From: Spirogloea muscicola
Lineage: Eukaryota
Assembly (NCBI GenBank): GCA_009602725.1
Contig: WELB01000002.1
Coordinates: 1,086,956 to 1,150,955 of the forward strand
Direction: 5' to 3'
Length of the DNA stretch: 64,000 nucleotides
The notes beneath the pieces were generated by a model. The model was not told the origin of the DNA. It did no database searches and was given only the letters and a program-made list of their open reading frames with translations. Position 1 is the first letter of the stretch; every line of letters starts with the position of its first letter. Below, piece after piece: positions 11,637-25,400 of the stretch. A program made the position numbers and the translations under genes.

Positions 11637-12917
11637 CTACTCCTTGCGGCCAATGTCCTTGAGCGCGCAGATTTGCTCCTCGCCCATAGCACCCATGACT
11701 GTCAGGACGACGTCCTTGCCCTCCGCGAATGAATCCTTTATCTGCGATGCACGGCAAAGTCGTCAGGCAGAATATTCTGCAGGGGCTGCACTTGGACGCA
11801 ACTGTAGGACCCCCAAGTGCTGCTGTGCTGCATCACGCTTGCCTGCCAACATATCAGGCAGCTCAGCCCTCCTTTTCAATCGGACAGAAATAAAGATTGC
11901 AACACAGTTGTGCAAGCTGGACATTGGTGTGAAGCTGCACAGCTCACGTCTGTGGCTCAAGAGTACTAGCTCTCTCAATGAAAGTGGTTCTGCCTCTATG
12001 CATCAAGAATCGGCAGCAAGCACCACAGTCCTTTCCCTCTTCCAAAGACCCAAGGCTGCTGCTGGACCAAAACTTAGCTTTATTTGACTGGCATGCGTCC
12101 TCGAATCCTTGTACAAGTTGCTGAGATGAGAGGACAACAAAGCAGGAGTATGCAACAGAACCTGCTGCAGCAGCGCATCATCAGTGGGCAGGCGCAGGTC
12201 GTCCTTGGTGTCACCACCTTCAGTCAGGAGCGACACCTGCAGCCCTCCACAGACAACAATTGCTCTGAGGCAGGCATGACATCAAGAAAACTAGCCCAGA
12301 TGTGTGCCATGAGCGTGGCATGCATACTTAAGAACCACCACACAATTGCCAAATGGTATAAGATAAGTCCGCTCCGAGAAGCAGGACAACTTTCAGAACA
12401 GAGCCGTGATCATGCACCAGCTTCCGATGCGAGGACGCTAGGAGGGAAAGGCAGCGGCGCATTACAAAGCCGTCCTCCGAGATGTCAATCAGCTGGTAGT
12501 CAGTGCGCACTACCTCCGGCACCTGCGAGCAAGGAGGCGGCGGCCAGCGAGGCGAGGGTCAATGAGCTGCTGCTGTGAAGGGCACCCTCACACTGCCGGT
12601 CGCTGGCAGCTGTTAACATCGACAGGCTCCTGGGAACAAGCAGACCGGCTTCAACGAAGCCGTGCAAGTGCCAGGGAGCAGCCACCAGGCAGCCGAGATT
12701 TGCCACAGACGGCCTGACGCTGCTGCAAGCAGGCCGGAGCACGCTGAGGGGGCCTATCATGGTCGTGTCCGGCTTCGGCACACGAGCGCTTACGTCGCAG
12801 TTATGGGAGGAGGGCACAATGTCCTCCAGCTTCTTCTGCGTGAAGATGTCGATCGCAATGAAGTGGCACTTGGCGTGGCCGTGCTTCCCAGTCTTGGATG
12901 TCGACACCTCCACCACC
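11637..12917 (-). CDS. EIF5A: Eukaryotic translation factor eIF5A; first exon presumably lost in gap 13165-13404
   Basis: Exons [19 protein letters not shown] (hypusine motif; ~12791-12917), [73 protein letters not shown] (stop 11637). Confidence 0.95.
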
Positions 12918-13517
12918 TGCAATGACAGCAGCGGTACAAGCGGCAGCAGCGACAGATGATGAGGACGGTCCCGCGATGGCGACACATGTGGCCAGAGCGG
13001 AGCAGAACGAGGATCTGCTCGACAGCGACGGCCGCTGGTGGCCGCGACGGCAGAATTGCGCCAGCGACCGGCGGCCAGGCCACAAGGGAGGCGCCGGGGC
13101 CAGCAGCCCGGCCGCCATGGACGCCGCCGGCAACGGCGGCGTTGGCGGCGGCGGCGGCGGCGGCNNNNNNNNNNNNNNNNNNNNNNNNNNNNNNNNNNNN
13201 NNNNNNNNNNNNNNNNNNNNNNNNNNNNNNNNNNNNNNNNNNNNNNNNNNNNNNNNNNNNNNNNNNNNNNNNNNNNNNNNNNNNNNNNNNNNNNNNNNNN
13301 NNNNNNNNNNNNNNNNNNNNNNNNNNNNNNNNNNNNNNNNNNNNNNNNNNNNNNNNNNNNNNNNNNNNNNNNNNNNNNNNNNNNNNNNNNNNNNNNNNNN
13401 NNNNCGGCGGCGGCGGCGGCGGCGGCGGCGGCGGAGGCGGCGGCGGCGGCGGCGGCGATGGAGGAGGGGGGGGTTGAGGAGCCGCCTGCCGCGAGGGACT
13501 GGGGGGGGCGGTGGCGG

Positions 13518-13527
13518 GCATATAAGC
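13518..13527 (-). promoter_or_regulatory. Candidate TATA box for eIF5A
   Basis: Isolated CTTATATG on the minus strand within very GC-rich DNA, about 115 bp upstream of the gap expected to hold exon 1. Confidence 0.35.
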
Positions 13528-13759
13528 GCAACGCAATTAGTCCACGGTTCTAATGCGAGCCCGTCGATGAGGTCGGTCAGACTGTCGCGTGACCGGGAAA
13601 GTATCGGAGCCGCGCTCGGTGGGGATTGGGCCACGGAACCGAGCGGCCGCGCAATGTGCACGCTGTGGGTGTGCGGGGCAGTGCCAGCCCTAGATTCTTC
13701 ACCCCTCCCTTTCGCCCTCCCTCTCCCACCTCCCTCCTCCCCTCCCTCCACCTTAAGCC

Positions 13760-14230
13760 CTTGTAAAACCCCAGCGCTAGGAAGAAGACCTCGCCCATAG
13801 AGAAGAGGGGGTGGCAAAGCCAACCCAGAAAGAATGGACAATGCGCTAGGTGACCATGCCTCAGACCAAGGGGAGGACGCTTCTTCTTCAGCGTACTTCA
13901 GCTAAGCAGCCGCCTGCGGCTGCTTAGCAGGGGTTACTGAGTGTTTCGTAGGTGCTTGATTCCATGTGTGCTTGCTTTAGCGCTTTCCCTGGCCGCTTCG
14001 CACTTTGTTCATTCTTTTCTTCTGGGCTGGCCTCTCCCAGCCACCGCCTCTCCTGGAAGCGTCTTTCCCTCTCTCTCTTCGTAAGGGAGAGGATCTTCCA
14101 AAAGAAGCGCTCTTTCATAGGGAGCGACTTTTGTGTAGCTTCAGGTAGCTGTCAGACCTTATTTCTCTGTGCTGGCCTCGTAGCAGCCATTGCCTCGCAA
14201 GAGCAGTTTCTTTCTTGCTGTGAAAGGCAG
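13760..14230. mobile_element. Small nest of retroelement 3' ends upstream of eIF5A
   Basis: Minus-strand hairpin/UTR module at 13780-13842. Plus-strand LRLLSRGY* (TGA 13938-13940) followed by UTR with hairpins at ~14023 and ~14170. Confidence 0.75.
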
Positions 14231-15198
14231 CTCAGAAAGAGTGGGCGGAAAGGACGGTGTCAGTAGAAGAGGACATTCTTCCAGTCCAGGCGGTGGTCAA
14301 GAAAGGCCAGCTCAAATAAGTGGACACGGTCCTGGAAGACAGAGGAGTACTTGGCGTAAGAATGCTAAAAGCAACAGCAGAAGGCCACTTCATCTGGAAT
14401 GCTGCAAGCTCTGGAGCAAAACCAGCAGGAAAATACTGCTGCAGGGGACGGTGGCTGGGTATTGGCAGCCCTCCAGAGGGAAATGAGGCTCTCAAAAGAG
14501 GCAGCACCTTGTGAGGCGCCTGCCAGAGGATGCGCAGCGATAGGGATAGGGAGAGGGAGGGAGGTGAGGGAGGAGACACAGAGGTAGAGAAGTAGAGACA
14601 GGGAAGGACCACTGATGCTAAGCAGAAAAAACAACAAGGGGCACAGCAGCATCTGGAGTTACACTCGTCTTGCTACCGGTGTCACCGAAGTTGACCATCA
14701 CATGGAGTCTCCCAGGGAGCCTGGAAGCGAACTCCGTAAAGGCTCACACGCTACCAGCAGCACCTCACCCAAGCTTCTGCAGCATAATCGAGGTCGGAGC
14801 ATGCTGCCAACTGCTGAGGAGCTGTGGCGCATGAGTGAGGAGAATGGATGGGGCTGAAAGGAGGGACGTAGTAGGCAGGTCGGCCCGGCATTGGCGCAGA
14901 GCATGTGCTGCTGCCGTCGGCAATGCACCACCAGTGTCGGCAGCGAGAAGGGGAAATGCAGCTGGTGACTGGTCGAGACATCTTTCGACCACTGCTGGAG
15001 GACCTAGCAGGGTTCAGGGAGTGTGTGCAAGCCATCTAGGCTTGCAAAAGTCAATGGGCCTGCCGCCAATGGCCGCCTGCTCAATCAAGAGCCGCCATCA
15101 TGCCAGGCAGCAGAGGTGCAGATAGCAGGCTGAGGTGATGCTGCCATTGGCGAGACACTGCCAGATGCGAGGAGGGGGGACTGTGGTTGCAGCGGCTG

Positions 15199-16260
<1,062 letters not shown>

Positions 16261-16531
16261 NNNNNNNNNNNNNNNNNNNNNNNNNNNNNNNNNNNNNNNN
16301 NNNNNNNNNNNNNNNNNNNNNNNNNNNNNNNNNNNNNNNNNNNNNNNNNNNNNNNNNNNNNNNNNNNNNNNNNNNNNNNNNNNNNNNNNNNNNNNNNNNN
16401 NNNNNNNNNNNNNNNNNNNNNNNNNNNNNNNNNNNNNNNNNNNNNNNNNNNNNNNNNNNNNNNNNNNNNNNNNNNNNNNNNNNNNNNNNNNNNNNNNNNN
16501 NNNNNNNNNNNNNNNNNNNNCCGGAGCGACG

Positions 16532-16562
<31 letters not shown>

Positions 16563-16821
16563 GGCGGAGTCCCACCCGGGGGGGGGGGGGCCGTCGTTGG
16601 AGGTGGTGGGCGACACGGGCGTGCCTGGGCGGGGAGAGAGGTGGGAGCAAGAAGGGGGGAGGCTGCGGGCGATCGGGCGCCTGTTCCTGGGGCTGAGGAG
16701 GGAGGAGAGGAGGGGGAGAGGGAGCGGGGCCTCCCCCGAGAAGAGAGGGCTCCCAAGACGGAGCTTGTATGCAGGCCAGCCCCGGACCTCGCCCGCCGGG
16801 CTCCCAGCTCTCGCCGCCCGT

Positions 16822-16856
<35 letters not shown>

Positions 16857-16934
16857 AAGCGCCACAGCCGCCGCCGCGGCGCCCCCCGCGTCCGCCGGAG
16901 GGTTTAGGGTAAGGGTTCGGGTCAGGTACTCAGG

Positions 16935-19900
16935 ATGCAGGTGCTGGGGGCCGGCGCGAACGCAGGCGGGCCCGAGGCGCGCAAGCGCCGCGTGGCCTAC
17001 TTTTACGACGCGGAGGTGGGGAACTATTACTACGGCCAGGGGCACCCCATGAAGCCGCACCGCATCCGCATGACGCACTCGCTGCTGGTGCACTACGGCG
17101 TGCACACGAAGCTGGACATCTTCAAGCCATTCCCGGCGCGCGACAAGGACATGTGCCGGTTCCACGCCGACGATTACGTGGAGTTCCTGAGGACCGTGAC
17201 GCCCGAGAACCAGGCTGACCATGCCCGCCAGCTGAAGCGCTTCAACGTGGGCGAGGACTGCCCGGTGTTCGACGGGCTGTACCAGTTCTGCCAGACGTAC
17301 ACCGGGGGGTCAATCGGCGGCGCGGTCAAGCTCAACCATAGCCACGCGGACATCGCCATCAACTGGGCCGGCGGGCTGCACCACGCCAAGAAGTGCGAGG
17401 CGTCGGGGTTCTGCTACGTCAACGACATCGTGCTGGCCGTGCTGGAGCTCCTCAAGTACCACCAGCGCGTGCTGTACATTGACATCGACATCCACCACGG
17501 CGACGGCGTGGAGGAGGCCTTCTACACCACCGACCGCGTCATGACCGTCTCCTTCCACAAGTTCGGCGAGTACTTCCCTGGCACCGGCGACCTCAGGTGC
17601 GGCCCTCCTGCTGGCCCATGAGCTCGTCCTTCGAGTCTGCAAGTGCGGTTTCAGCGCCCGTCTTTGCCTTCTCTTTTAACTTTAGCCGGCTTGAAGAAAA
17701 GGCTTGAATCAGAGTCCCTGAACAAGTGGTTGTGTCACTCCAGTGTCCGCTGTCACTTGAATGTTTGAGGCAATGCAAGCAGTCACCGCTCACTGTGGTG
17801 GGTGGCGATCGTCTCCGCAGGGACGTGGGCTATGGCAAGGGCAAGTACTATTCGCTTAATGTGCCTCTCAATGATGGCATCGACGATGAGAGTTACCAGC
17901 TCATGTTCAAGCCAATTATCACAAAGGTGATGGAGGTCTTTGCACCCGGCGCGGTAGTCCTGCAGTGTGGCGCTGACTCGCTGTCGGGCGATCGCCTCGG
18001 TTGCTTCAACCTCTCCGTGCGCGGCCACTCGGAGTGCGTGCGCTTCATGCGCTCGTTCAATGTTCCGCTGCTCCTGCTGGGCGGCGGAGGGTACACCATC
18101 CGCAACGTTGCCCGCTGCTGGTCCTACGAGGCAAGTGAAGAGAGCCTGTGATTATTGGCAGCTTATGTCCGTATCCCGCATGCAGCAACTTGGGCTCGCC
18201 GAGTGAGTCCAGAGCCATGGCCCACAGTTGCCCGTATAATTTCTGAAATCGGCATGCGAACGCCGCTGTCGGTGCCTGGGCAGACGGGCGTGGCGGTCGG
18301 CCTCGAGCTAGAGGACAAGATGCCCGACAACGACTACTACGAGTACTACGGGCCAGACCACTCGCTTCATGTCGTGCCGAGCAACATGGAAAACCAAAAC
18401 AGTCGTGTGTACCTCGAGAGCGTCAGGTAGGCTGTGGGCGAATGGCAGGGAGGAGAGGGATGTGGAGAGACGGTGTTGCGGTGATGAAAGCGCAAGCTTC
18501 CGTCGAAGTCGCTTGACATGCGTCTCTCCATCTTCGTTCGGCCGCTCGGCTACTGCAGGGACAAGCTGCTGGAGAACCTAACAAAGCTGCAGCATGTCCC
18601 CAGCGTGCCCTTCCACGAGCGTCCACCAGACACCGACCTTCCAGAGGAGGTACTTGATGCTGGCCGCGCCCCTCCCGCTTGCGCTATGTGGAGCCGCATT
18701 GCTCGCAGGTGCATGTTGAGATTCATCGTTGATTATTGGGCAATGCTACCCTCGTTGTAGAGAGTAAACACATTTGTTAACATCTGTGTATCTTGCTAAG
18801 ATTGTACCCTTTTGACGGCAATCAACGTCAAACTTATTGCAGTTGTCTGCCTAAAAATAATGCTGCGCATGCATCACCTATGAGAAGTTTGCCCACAGCC
18901 CTGGCATACCTAAGTATCAATTGGTGGCAACTACGACCTTCTGGCTGCTGCTGCAGGAGGAAGAGGAGCCCGATACGAAGCCACACGAGAAAGTTTGGGA
19001 TGGTGAGGCGTCCGACGATGAGGAGGATAACCTGGAGCCCGCGCCGCCCAGGCAACTCCTGTTCCTGCTCTCTCCTTCCGTCCTGCCACCCCCCTCCTTC
19101 AGACTCCACTTTTTCCAGAATTCCGCCGCCTCCTCCCCCATCCCTCCTACTTTATTATCTCATGCTCATTGGCTCATTCTGCTTAGCAATATAGCCTTGT
19201 GCTGAGGGCATGAGCTCTTGTGCTGCCTCACTCGTCCAGGCTGCCCAACAAGGCGAAGCTCAAGCCCTTATCGACTACCAAAGCGCGCATCAAGCAGGAG
19301 GGGCTACCACCCACATCTTTTGTGAGGGCTTAGCTCACTGCCTTCCTGCTCTGACTTACACTCGTCCTGGAATTAATCTTCCACAACCACATGCCATGCT
19401 TGGTCTGGTGGCGAAGAACATGTGTGGTGCTGCAAGTCATGAATGCTTAGCAGAAAGTGCAGGAAAGCCCCTCTGTCTCTCTCCTGACACGGTGACTCTG
19501 GCCTGCGGTTGGAAAGGGGCAGGCAATCGAGAAGGAGGTGGAGCGAGAGCGACGGGCGCTGCTGGCGGATGAGGAGAAGCTCCAGCCCGAGGACGGTGAC
19601 GACAATGACGAGGAAGCACCGCTGCCTGCGGTCCCAGCTCCACTGCCACCACTCGAAGCAGCCTCGTCGAATCGGGAGACGAAGAAAGAGCCCGATAATC
19701 TTGTTCACCTGGCGCCCTTTGTCAATCCCCGCCCGTTGTTTAGCGCTCACCAGGTGAGCTGCCTAAGAGGGTCTATGGAGTAGGTTTGCAGTTGTAGATT
19801 GGGGTTGAGGTCGTAAGGTGTTGGATGATGCATCATGCTACCATTGGGAGACGCTTCATCTGAACCTTGTGATGGACACCAGACTTGTGACATGGATAAT

Positions 19901-21126
19901 GTGATAACTCTTTGCTGATGGCTTAGCTTTGTTGGTCATGGCTAATTATACTCAGTGCCGTTAAAAGAACATTGTGCGCCTGCCAGGATGAAGTGCCAGA
20001 GCCCATGGATGTGGACACCGGCGGCAGAGAGCCGCCACGGTCAGAGGCGAGGGTTGACATCGAGATGGAGGAGGCTGCTGCTCCAATGCGTCCGGTCGAG
20101 CCTCCCCCAGCACCATCAGCGGCAGCGCCGCCTCTCCTGCAGCCACCCCCGCTGCCACTTCCAGCAGCTGCCTCGCCGATCCCGTCAGCCAGCGCAGCTG
20201 TGCGGTCGCCAGATGAGCCGCCGGCAAGTGATGCAGGAGGGTCCATGGATCGCCTGCGCCAAGCGCCCCCGCAGCTCGCGAGCGAGCAAGGGAGCCCGCT
20301 TGCAACGTCAGCCATTGCAGCGGCTGCAGAGGTCGCGGCAGCAGCCGTGGCGGCGCCCAACCTCCGGCCGCCCTCGACTCCACCTACAGCCTCAGTCCCC
20401 GGGCCACGGCACCTCGTAGAGCACCCGTTCTCGCTGGTGCCGCGAGCAGAGGTCATTGCCGCCGAGGCGCCACGACACCCACCTGCGGGAGCCTCTCCAG
20501 GCTTGCAAGTGCAGAGGGTGGCAATGGCAGCGCCGATGGCAGCGGCAGCTCCCCCCCCGCCATCGTCCTCGCCACGCGGCGGCGACCAGCTGCCGTCAGC
20601 GACGAGCATCTACCAGCTGCCAGAGATGCCACGGCGTGTGCGCCCACCAAGCGGGCGGACTGGCAGCGGGGCGGCCGCGATGGCCACAGCCAGGCCAGCC
20701 CTGCCGCCGCCAAGCTTGCTCCACGCACCTGGCATGGACCGCCGTCCTCCGCCGCCGCCGCCACCTTACAACGGCGCCGCTACCGCTGCCAATGCTGCCG
20801 CCGCCGCCGCTGCCGCTGCCGTTGCCCAGGCACACCCCACGGTTGCCTCCTCGCCAACTCACAGCAGCGGTGGCGCCAGGGCACCGCCGCCGCCGCCGAT
20901 CGCAAGCCACGCAGGCCACTTCGGCGGCCCTTCCCTTCGTGCGGGCTCGCCGTCCTCCTTCCAGCTTGGCCCGCCCCATCTTCCGCTGCCGCCCCACCTA
21001 GCAGGGGCCCTCGTGGACGGCCTCTCTGCTGCTGGTGGCGCACAGCCCGCCCAACCGCCATCGTCCACCAAGGCCCCTCCCCTTGCCGGCAGCATGAACA
21101 CGCTTCGGCCGCCTCCGCGGAGCTAG
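16935..21126 (+). CDS. Class I (RPD3/HDA19-like) histone deacetylase with long acidic and Pro/Ala-rich C-terminal extension
   Basis: Exon 16935-17596: [27 protein letters not shown]. Exon 17821-18130: [19 protein letters not shown]. Further exons 18284-18426, 18559-18648, 18957-19051. The C-terminal exons (19240-19300, 19523-19753, 19987-21126) are less certain. Confidence 0.93.
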
Positions 21127-21619
21127 CCGGTACTGCATGCGCTTCCTGCTTGTCGCTGCAGAGTCCGAATGTTCGCCACTAGCTACTGCACAAGGCCGAT
21201 GTTTGTCACCAACCAAGGCTGCCAACAAACGAGCTCAGGCGGAGTGGTGATCTTCTGCACGAGCACGTATGTCATACTACCCAGTGTGCTAAATGCTGAC
21301 TCGGGGCAACCATTGAGGCAAGATGCCTGCTGGCGCTCCATGTATCTACTAGGAGCTGCGTCTCATAAGTTTGACAGCACAATGTGACATAGAGCCAGCC
21401 CTGTGCTGTTGTCCTGGTGGTCCGCTCCCGCGCTTGTGAGGGAGCCCCGCAGAGGTAAAGCCTTCCGCACGTCGGTAGCTGCCCTTGTGAAGCCATGTAA
21501 GCGTTTTAGTCGGAGCTCTGCTCCTCGGGGGCCGGCCGGGTGTGATTCCGCACCGAGCGCCGCGTCCATGGCCTGGCCCCTGGGAAGACGATCAATGAGT
21601 CCTGAGCTGCACGGAGATG

Positions 21620-22350
21620 AAAGCGCGGCCAGATTGACTGGTGGCTGGGAAAGGCCAGCCCAGAGGAATGGACAAGGTCTGAAGGAGCCGGAGAGCCATC
21701 GTGCCTCAAGGCCCGGAGGTCTCTCTGCTGGTCAGTATGGATCATGACGCTGGCTGCAACGCCTTATAACAATGACTACGCCTTTCAACCCTTATCAGTT
21801 CTTTCCGGGCTGGCTGTTTACAGCCCTCGCCCACCTTAGTGTTAGGTGTATGTGCTCACCCGTGGGTACTTCCGTCGCACTATTACCTCAGCTACCTTAG
21901 CATAGGGCTCCGTTTTATGCAGCCGTAAATATGCACAAGCTATGGCCTGAACAATGTATCGGCTTGAAGTGGCCTCCCTTTAAATTCATGCGCACCGCGC
22001 ACCTTCTCATCTTTGGGAGAGCCATTTTCTTGTACATTCCTTTGGGCTGGCCTCTCACAGCCACTGTTGTATACCGGAAGAGCTGTTTCCTTATGAGACT
22101 CAGACTTGCATCTTCTGACTAGAGGTTACTGAGAGTCCTCGTGCTCCTTGTGTAGTCCTTTTTCGGCACCACTTTCTTTGGCTTTGGACATTGTCCATTG
22201 TTTTTGGGCTGGCTTTGCCAGCCCCTCTTCTCTATGGGCGAGCACTTCTCTTGCTTGAGTCTTAGTCCTTTAGCACTCCGGCTCCTTCGGACCTTGTCCA
22301 TTCCTTTGGGCTGGCCTCTCCCAGCCACCAGTTAATCTGGCCGCGCTTGC
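21620..22350. mobile_element. Nest of retroelement 3' ends between HDAC and FtsHi2
   Basis: Minus hairpin module 21622-21692. C-type end VLTRGY plus UTR at 21851-22008, homologous to 3614-3766. DLHLLTRGY* (22132) plus UTR. Hairpins at ~21807, 22044, 22206 and 22308. Confidence 0.8.
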
Positions 22351-22490
22351 GCTATGATCCTCTCTGATTCTGACCTCACTTTGTGCCGCTGCCACTCCGG
22401 CTGGGCACAACCCTAGTGCCTTAAACCCTAGCTCCACAAGCCTAGCTCCACATAAACCCCAACGCCCCCCCCCTGGGAGCGCCGGCGGCC

Positions 22491-25400
22491 ATGGCGGCCG
22501 CCGCTGGCTCCTCCGCCGCCGTGCTCGCCGCCCGCGGCGGCTGGCNNNNNNNNNNNNNNNNNNNNNNNNNNNNNNNNNNNNNNNNNNNNNNNNNNNNNNN
22601 NNNNNNNNNNNNNNNNNNNNNNNNNNNNNNNNNNNNNNNNNNNNNNNNNNNNNNNNNNNNNNNNNNNNNNNNNNNNNNNNNNNNNNNNNNNNNNNNNNNN
22701 NNNNNNNNNNNNNNNNNNNNNNNNNNNNNNNNNNNNNNNNNNNNNNNNNNNNNNNNNNNNNNNNNNNNNNNNNNNNNNNNNNNNNNNNNNNNNNNNNNNN
22801 NNNNNNNNNNNNNNTGAGAGGGAGGGAGGGAGGGAGGGAGGGAGGGAGGGAGGGAGGGAGGGAGGCAGATGGAATGGGTGCGCTTGTACCTTGTCCCAGC
22901 TTGCAGCAGCACTGGTTCCTGAGCTAGCTGATGTGCCTTCATGACTTGCAGGCGCGGCCAGACCGGGTGCTGGTTGTGCTGGAGGATGGCCGCGTGGTGC
23001 GCACAGTGCTGCCCGCCGTCGAGCGCGACGCTGAGTTCTGGGGGGAGTGGGACGCCAACAAGCTCGCGGCAAGCGTGATGGACGCATTCACACCGCCAGC
23101 GCCGGAGCCGGAAGTCCTGCCATGGGGCGCCGCTGGACCGTCACTGTCACTGCTTACGAATGTCTCGCTGGCACCCAGCATCGCCCAGCAGGCGCTCGGC
23201 GCGCTCCGCAACAGCGTGCACTCCTTCTGGCAGCGTGACAAGGGAGGAGGCGGAGCTGGGTCCCGAGCCGGCGCCGGCGCCGGCGCTCGGCGGAAGCTCA
23301 CGCCGCAGGAGCGCGTCAAAGCCGACGCACGGGAGCGGCTCGAGCGCCTCGAGCGCAGCCGGCGGGAGCGCGAGCGTGCCAGGTAGTGCTCCATCTCTGT
23401 TACAGTGATGTTACTATACTTGCCTTGCACTTTAAGTCCGTCTGTTTCAGTCTTAGGTCGAACCCTGAACCCTTGTACCCAAAACCCTAATCCTAAACCC
23501 TACGACGCGTTGGCCGTGCGCTTGAGCCCATGCCGTGCAGGACAGAGCGGGACCAGCAGGCGCGGCGGGAGCGGGAGGAGCGGCAGCGGGCCGAGCGCGA
23601 GGCCAAGCGGCGCGGCGCGGCGGAGGAGCGTCTCGAGCGGGAGCGCGAGGCGGCGAGCGTGCGGGATGCGGAGCAGGCGGCGCGCACCGCTGCCGAGACG
23701 GCAGCCAGGGCCTCGGAGGAGGAGCGCCGGCTGGTCGCCCAGGTGGGTAGGCCCCCCTGGCGAGAGTTGACGGTCCTCACCACCAAACACCAGGATTGAT
23801 CAACAAAAGTAGACGCTGAGTGTATTGAAGAACGTCTTCAGATCTGCGCAGTTAAGAGATTGTTGTCTCTGAATATTCGATATCCTGTGATCAAGCCTGT
23901 CCCCTGCCTGTCGTGTCCTGTGGTCCAGGTGGAGTCGGCCCAGCGGTGGAACCTCTTCTGGCAGGCGGCGGCCAACAATGAGGGCTTCCGTTTCGCCATG
24001 GGCGTCTTCTTCTTCTGGCTCTTCTACCAGACGGTGGTCGTTGGCGTCAAGAAGCGCCGCAAGGACTACGACGACCGCCAGAAGATCGAGCGCACGGAGG
24101 AGGAGGAGCGGCGCAAGCTGCGCGAGTGGGAGGACGAGATGTCTGCAGCGGAGGTGGTGAGCTCTTCCGAGGAGTGGGCTAGTGAGGAGGACAAGGAGAA
24201 GGCGAAGGCTGCTGCTGGGGAGGCCGAGCAGCAAAACGCCGCGTTGGCCATGGGCCTGCGTTTCATGCGATCTGGTGCCTCCGTGCGCCGCGGCAAGAAT
24301 CAGGTCATAACAGTGCCCCCCCCCCCATCCCCTTTTGTTGACCACCATGGCCAATTTTCCCAACCAGCAACTAAGTTCCTTGTCTGAGTCGCAACTTGGC
24401 CTCCAACGTTGGTTCGTCTGATCCATCACGGTCGAGATGCTGGGTGCCGCAATTCTCCCTGGCAGCGGGGCGGCCGGAGGAAGCCGCCGCAGTACATGGA
24501 CCTGGATGCGGATGTCAAGTTCAGCGATGTTGCCGGGCTAGGGGAGATCCGGCGCGAACTAGAGGAGGTCGTGGACTTCTTCACGTACGGCGAGAAGTAT
24601 CGTCGACGTGGGTCCAAGATCCCAGGTTAGCAGCACAAGCAATGACCATGTCTTACGACCCCTCCTTCAGGTCAATGATTAGCCAGCGCTTGGCAAGGCC
24701 AGTCGTCAAACTGTGTCCGCCTAATTGAAGTCTTCGTCCATGCGCAGCGGGGATCCTGCTCTGTGGAGAACCTGGGACGGGTAAGACGCTCCTGGCCAAG
24801 GCGGTGGCTGGGGAGGCAGGCGTCAGCTTCTTCTCCATCTCTGCGTCGCAATTCGTGGAGATTTATGTTGGCGTGGGCGCGTCCCGTGTGCGCGCACTCT
24901 ATAATGAGGCCAAGGAGAATGTGAGCCTTGCGTCTGTGACTCTGCTCTGTCGTGGTGATAAGACAGCCGATGATCTTACAGAAGGACGGCAAACCTGCAA
25001 TGGTAGCTTAGTGATGTATTTTGCATTATTGGCCTGGCAGAGCGCTCTGTGAAGTGTGTGCTCGCAATAAAGCACGAGCACACTCTGCTCACTACAAGTG
25101 TCGGCGCTAAGTATATGCAAACAGGTTGGTCTGCATGCTGCTGCAGGCACCGGCGGTGGTCTTCATCGACGAGCTGGACGCCGTTGGGCGGCAGCGGGGC
25201 CTCACAGGGGGCTCGGGAGGCCAGGAGCGAGACGCTACTCTTAACCAGGTCGATGCAGCATAGCTCTTTCCCCATGACAGCAACAGTTGCTGTCACCTGG
25301 GGTGCCGTTGGCAGCCAAGTTGCTGAGCCGGCGATTCCCCCTCTCTGGAATGCTTGCAGCTCCTTACCTGCCTGGACGGGTTCGAGGGGCGTGGCGAAGT

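Noticed and set aside
14230..15150. Short ORFs between the element nest and the GNAT 3' end
   Set aside because: No recognisable domain; possibly decayed repeat or UTR.
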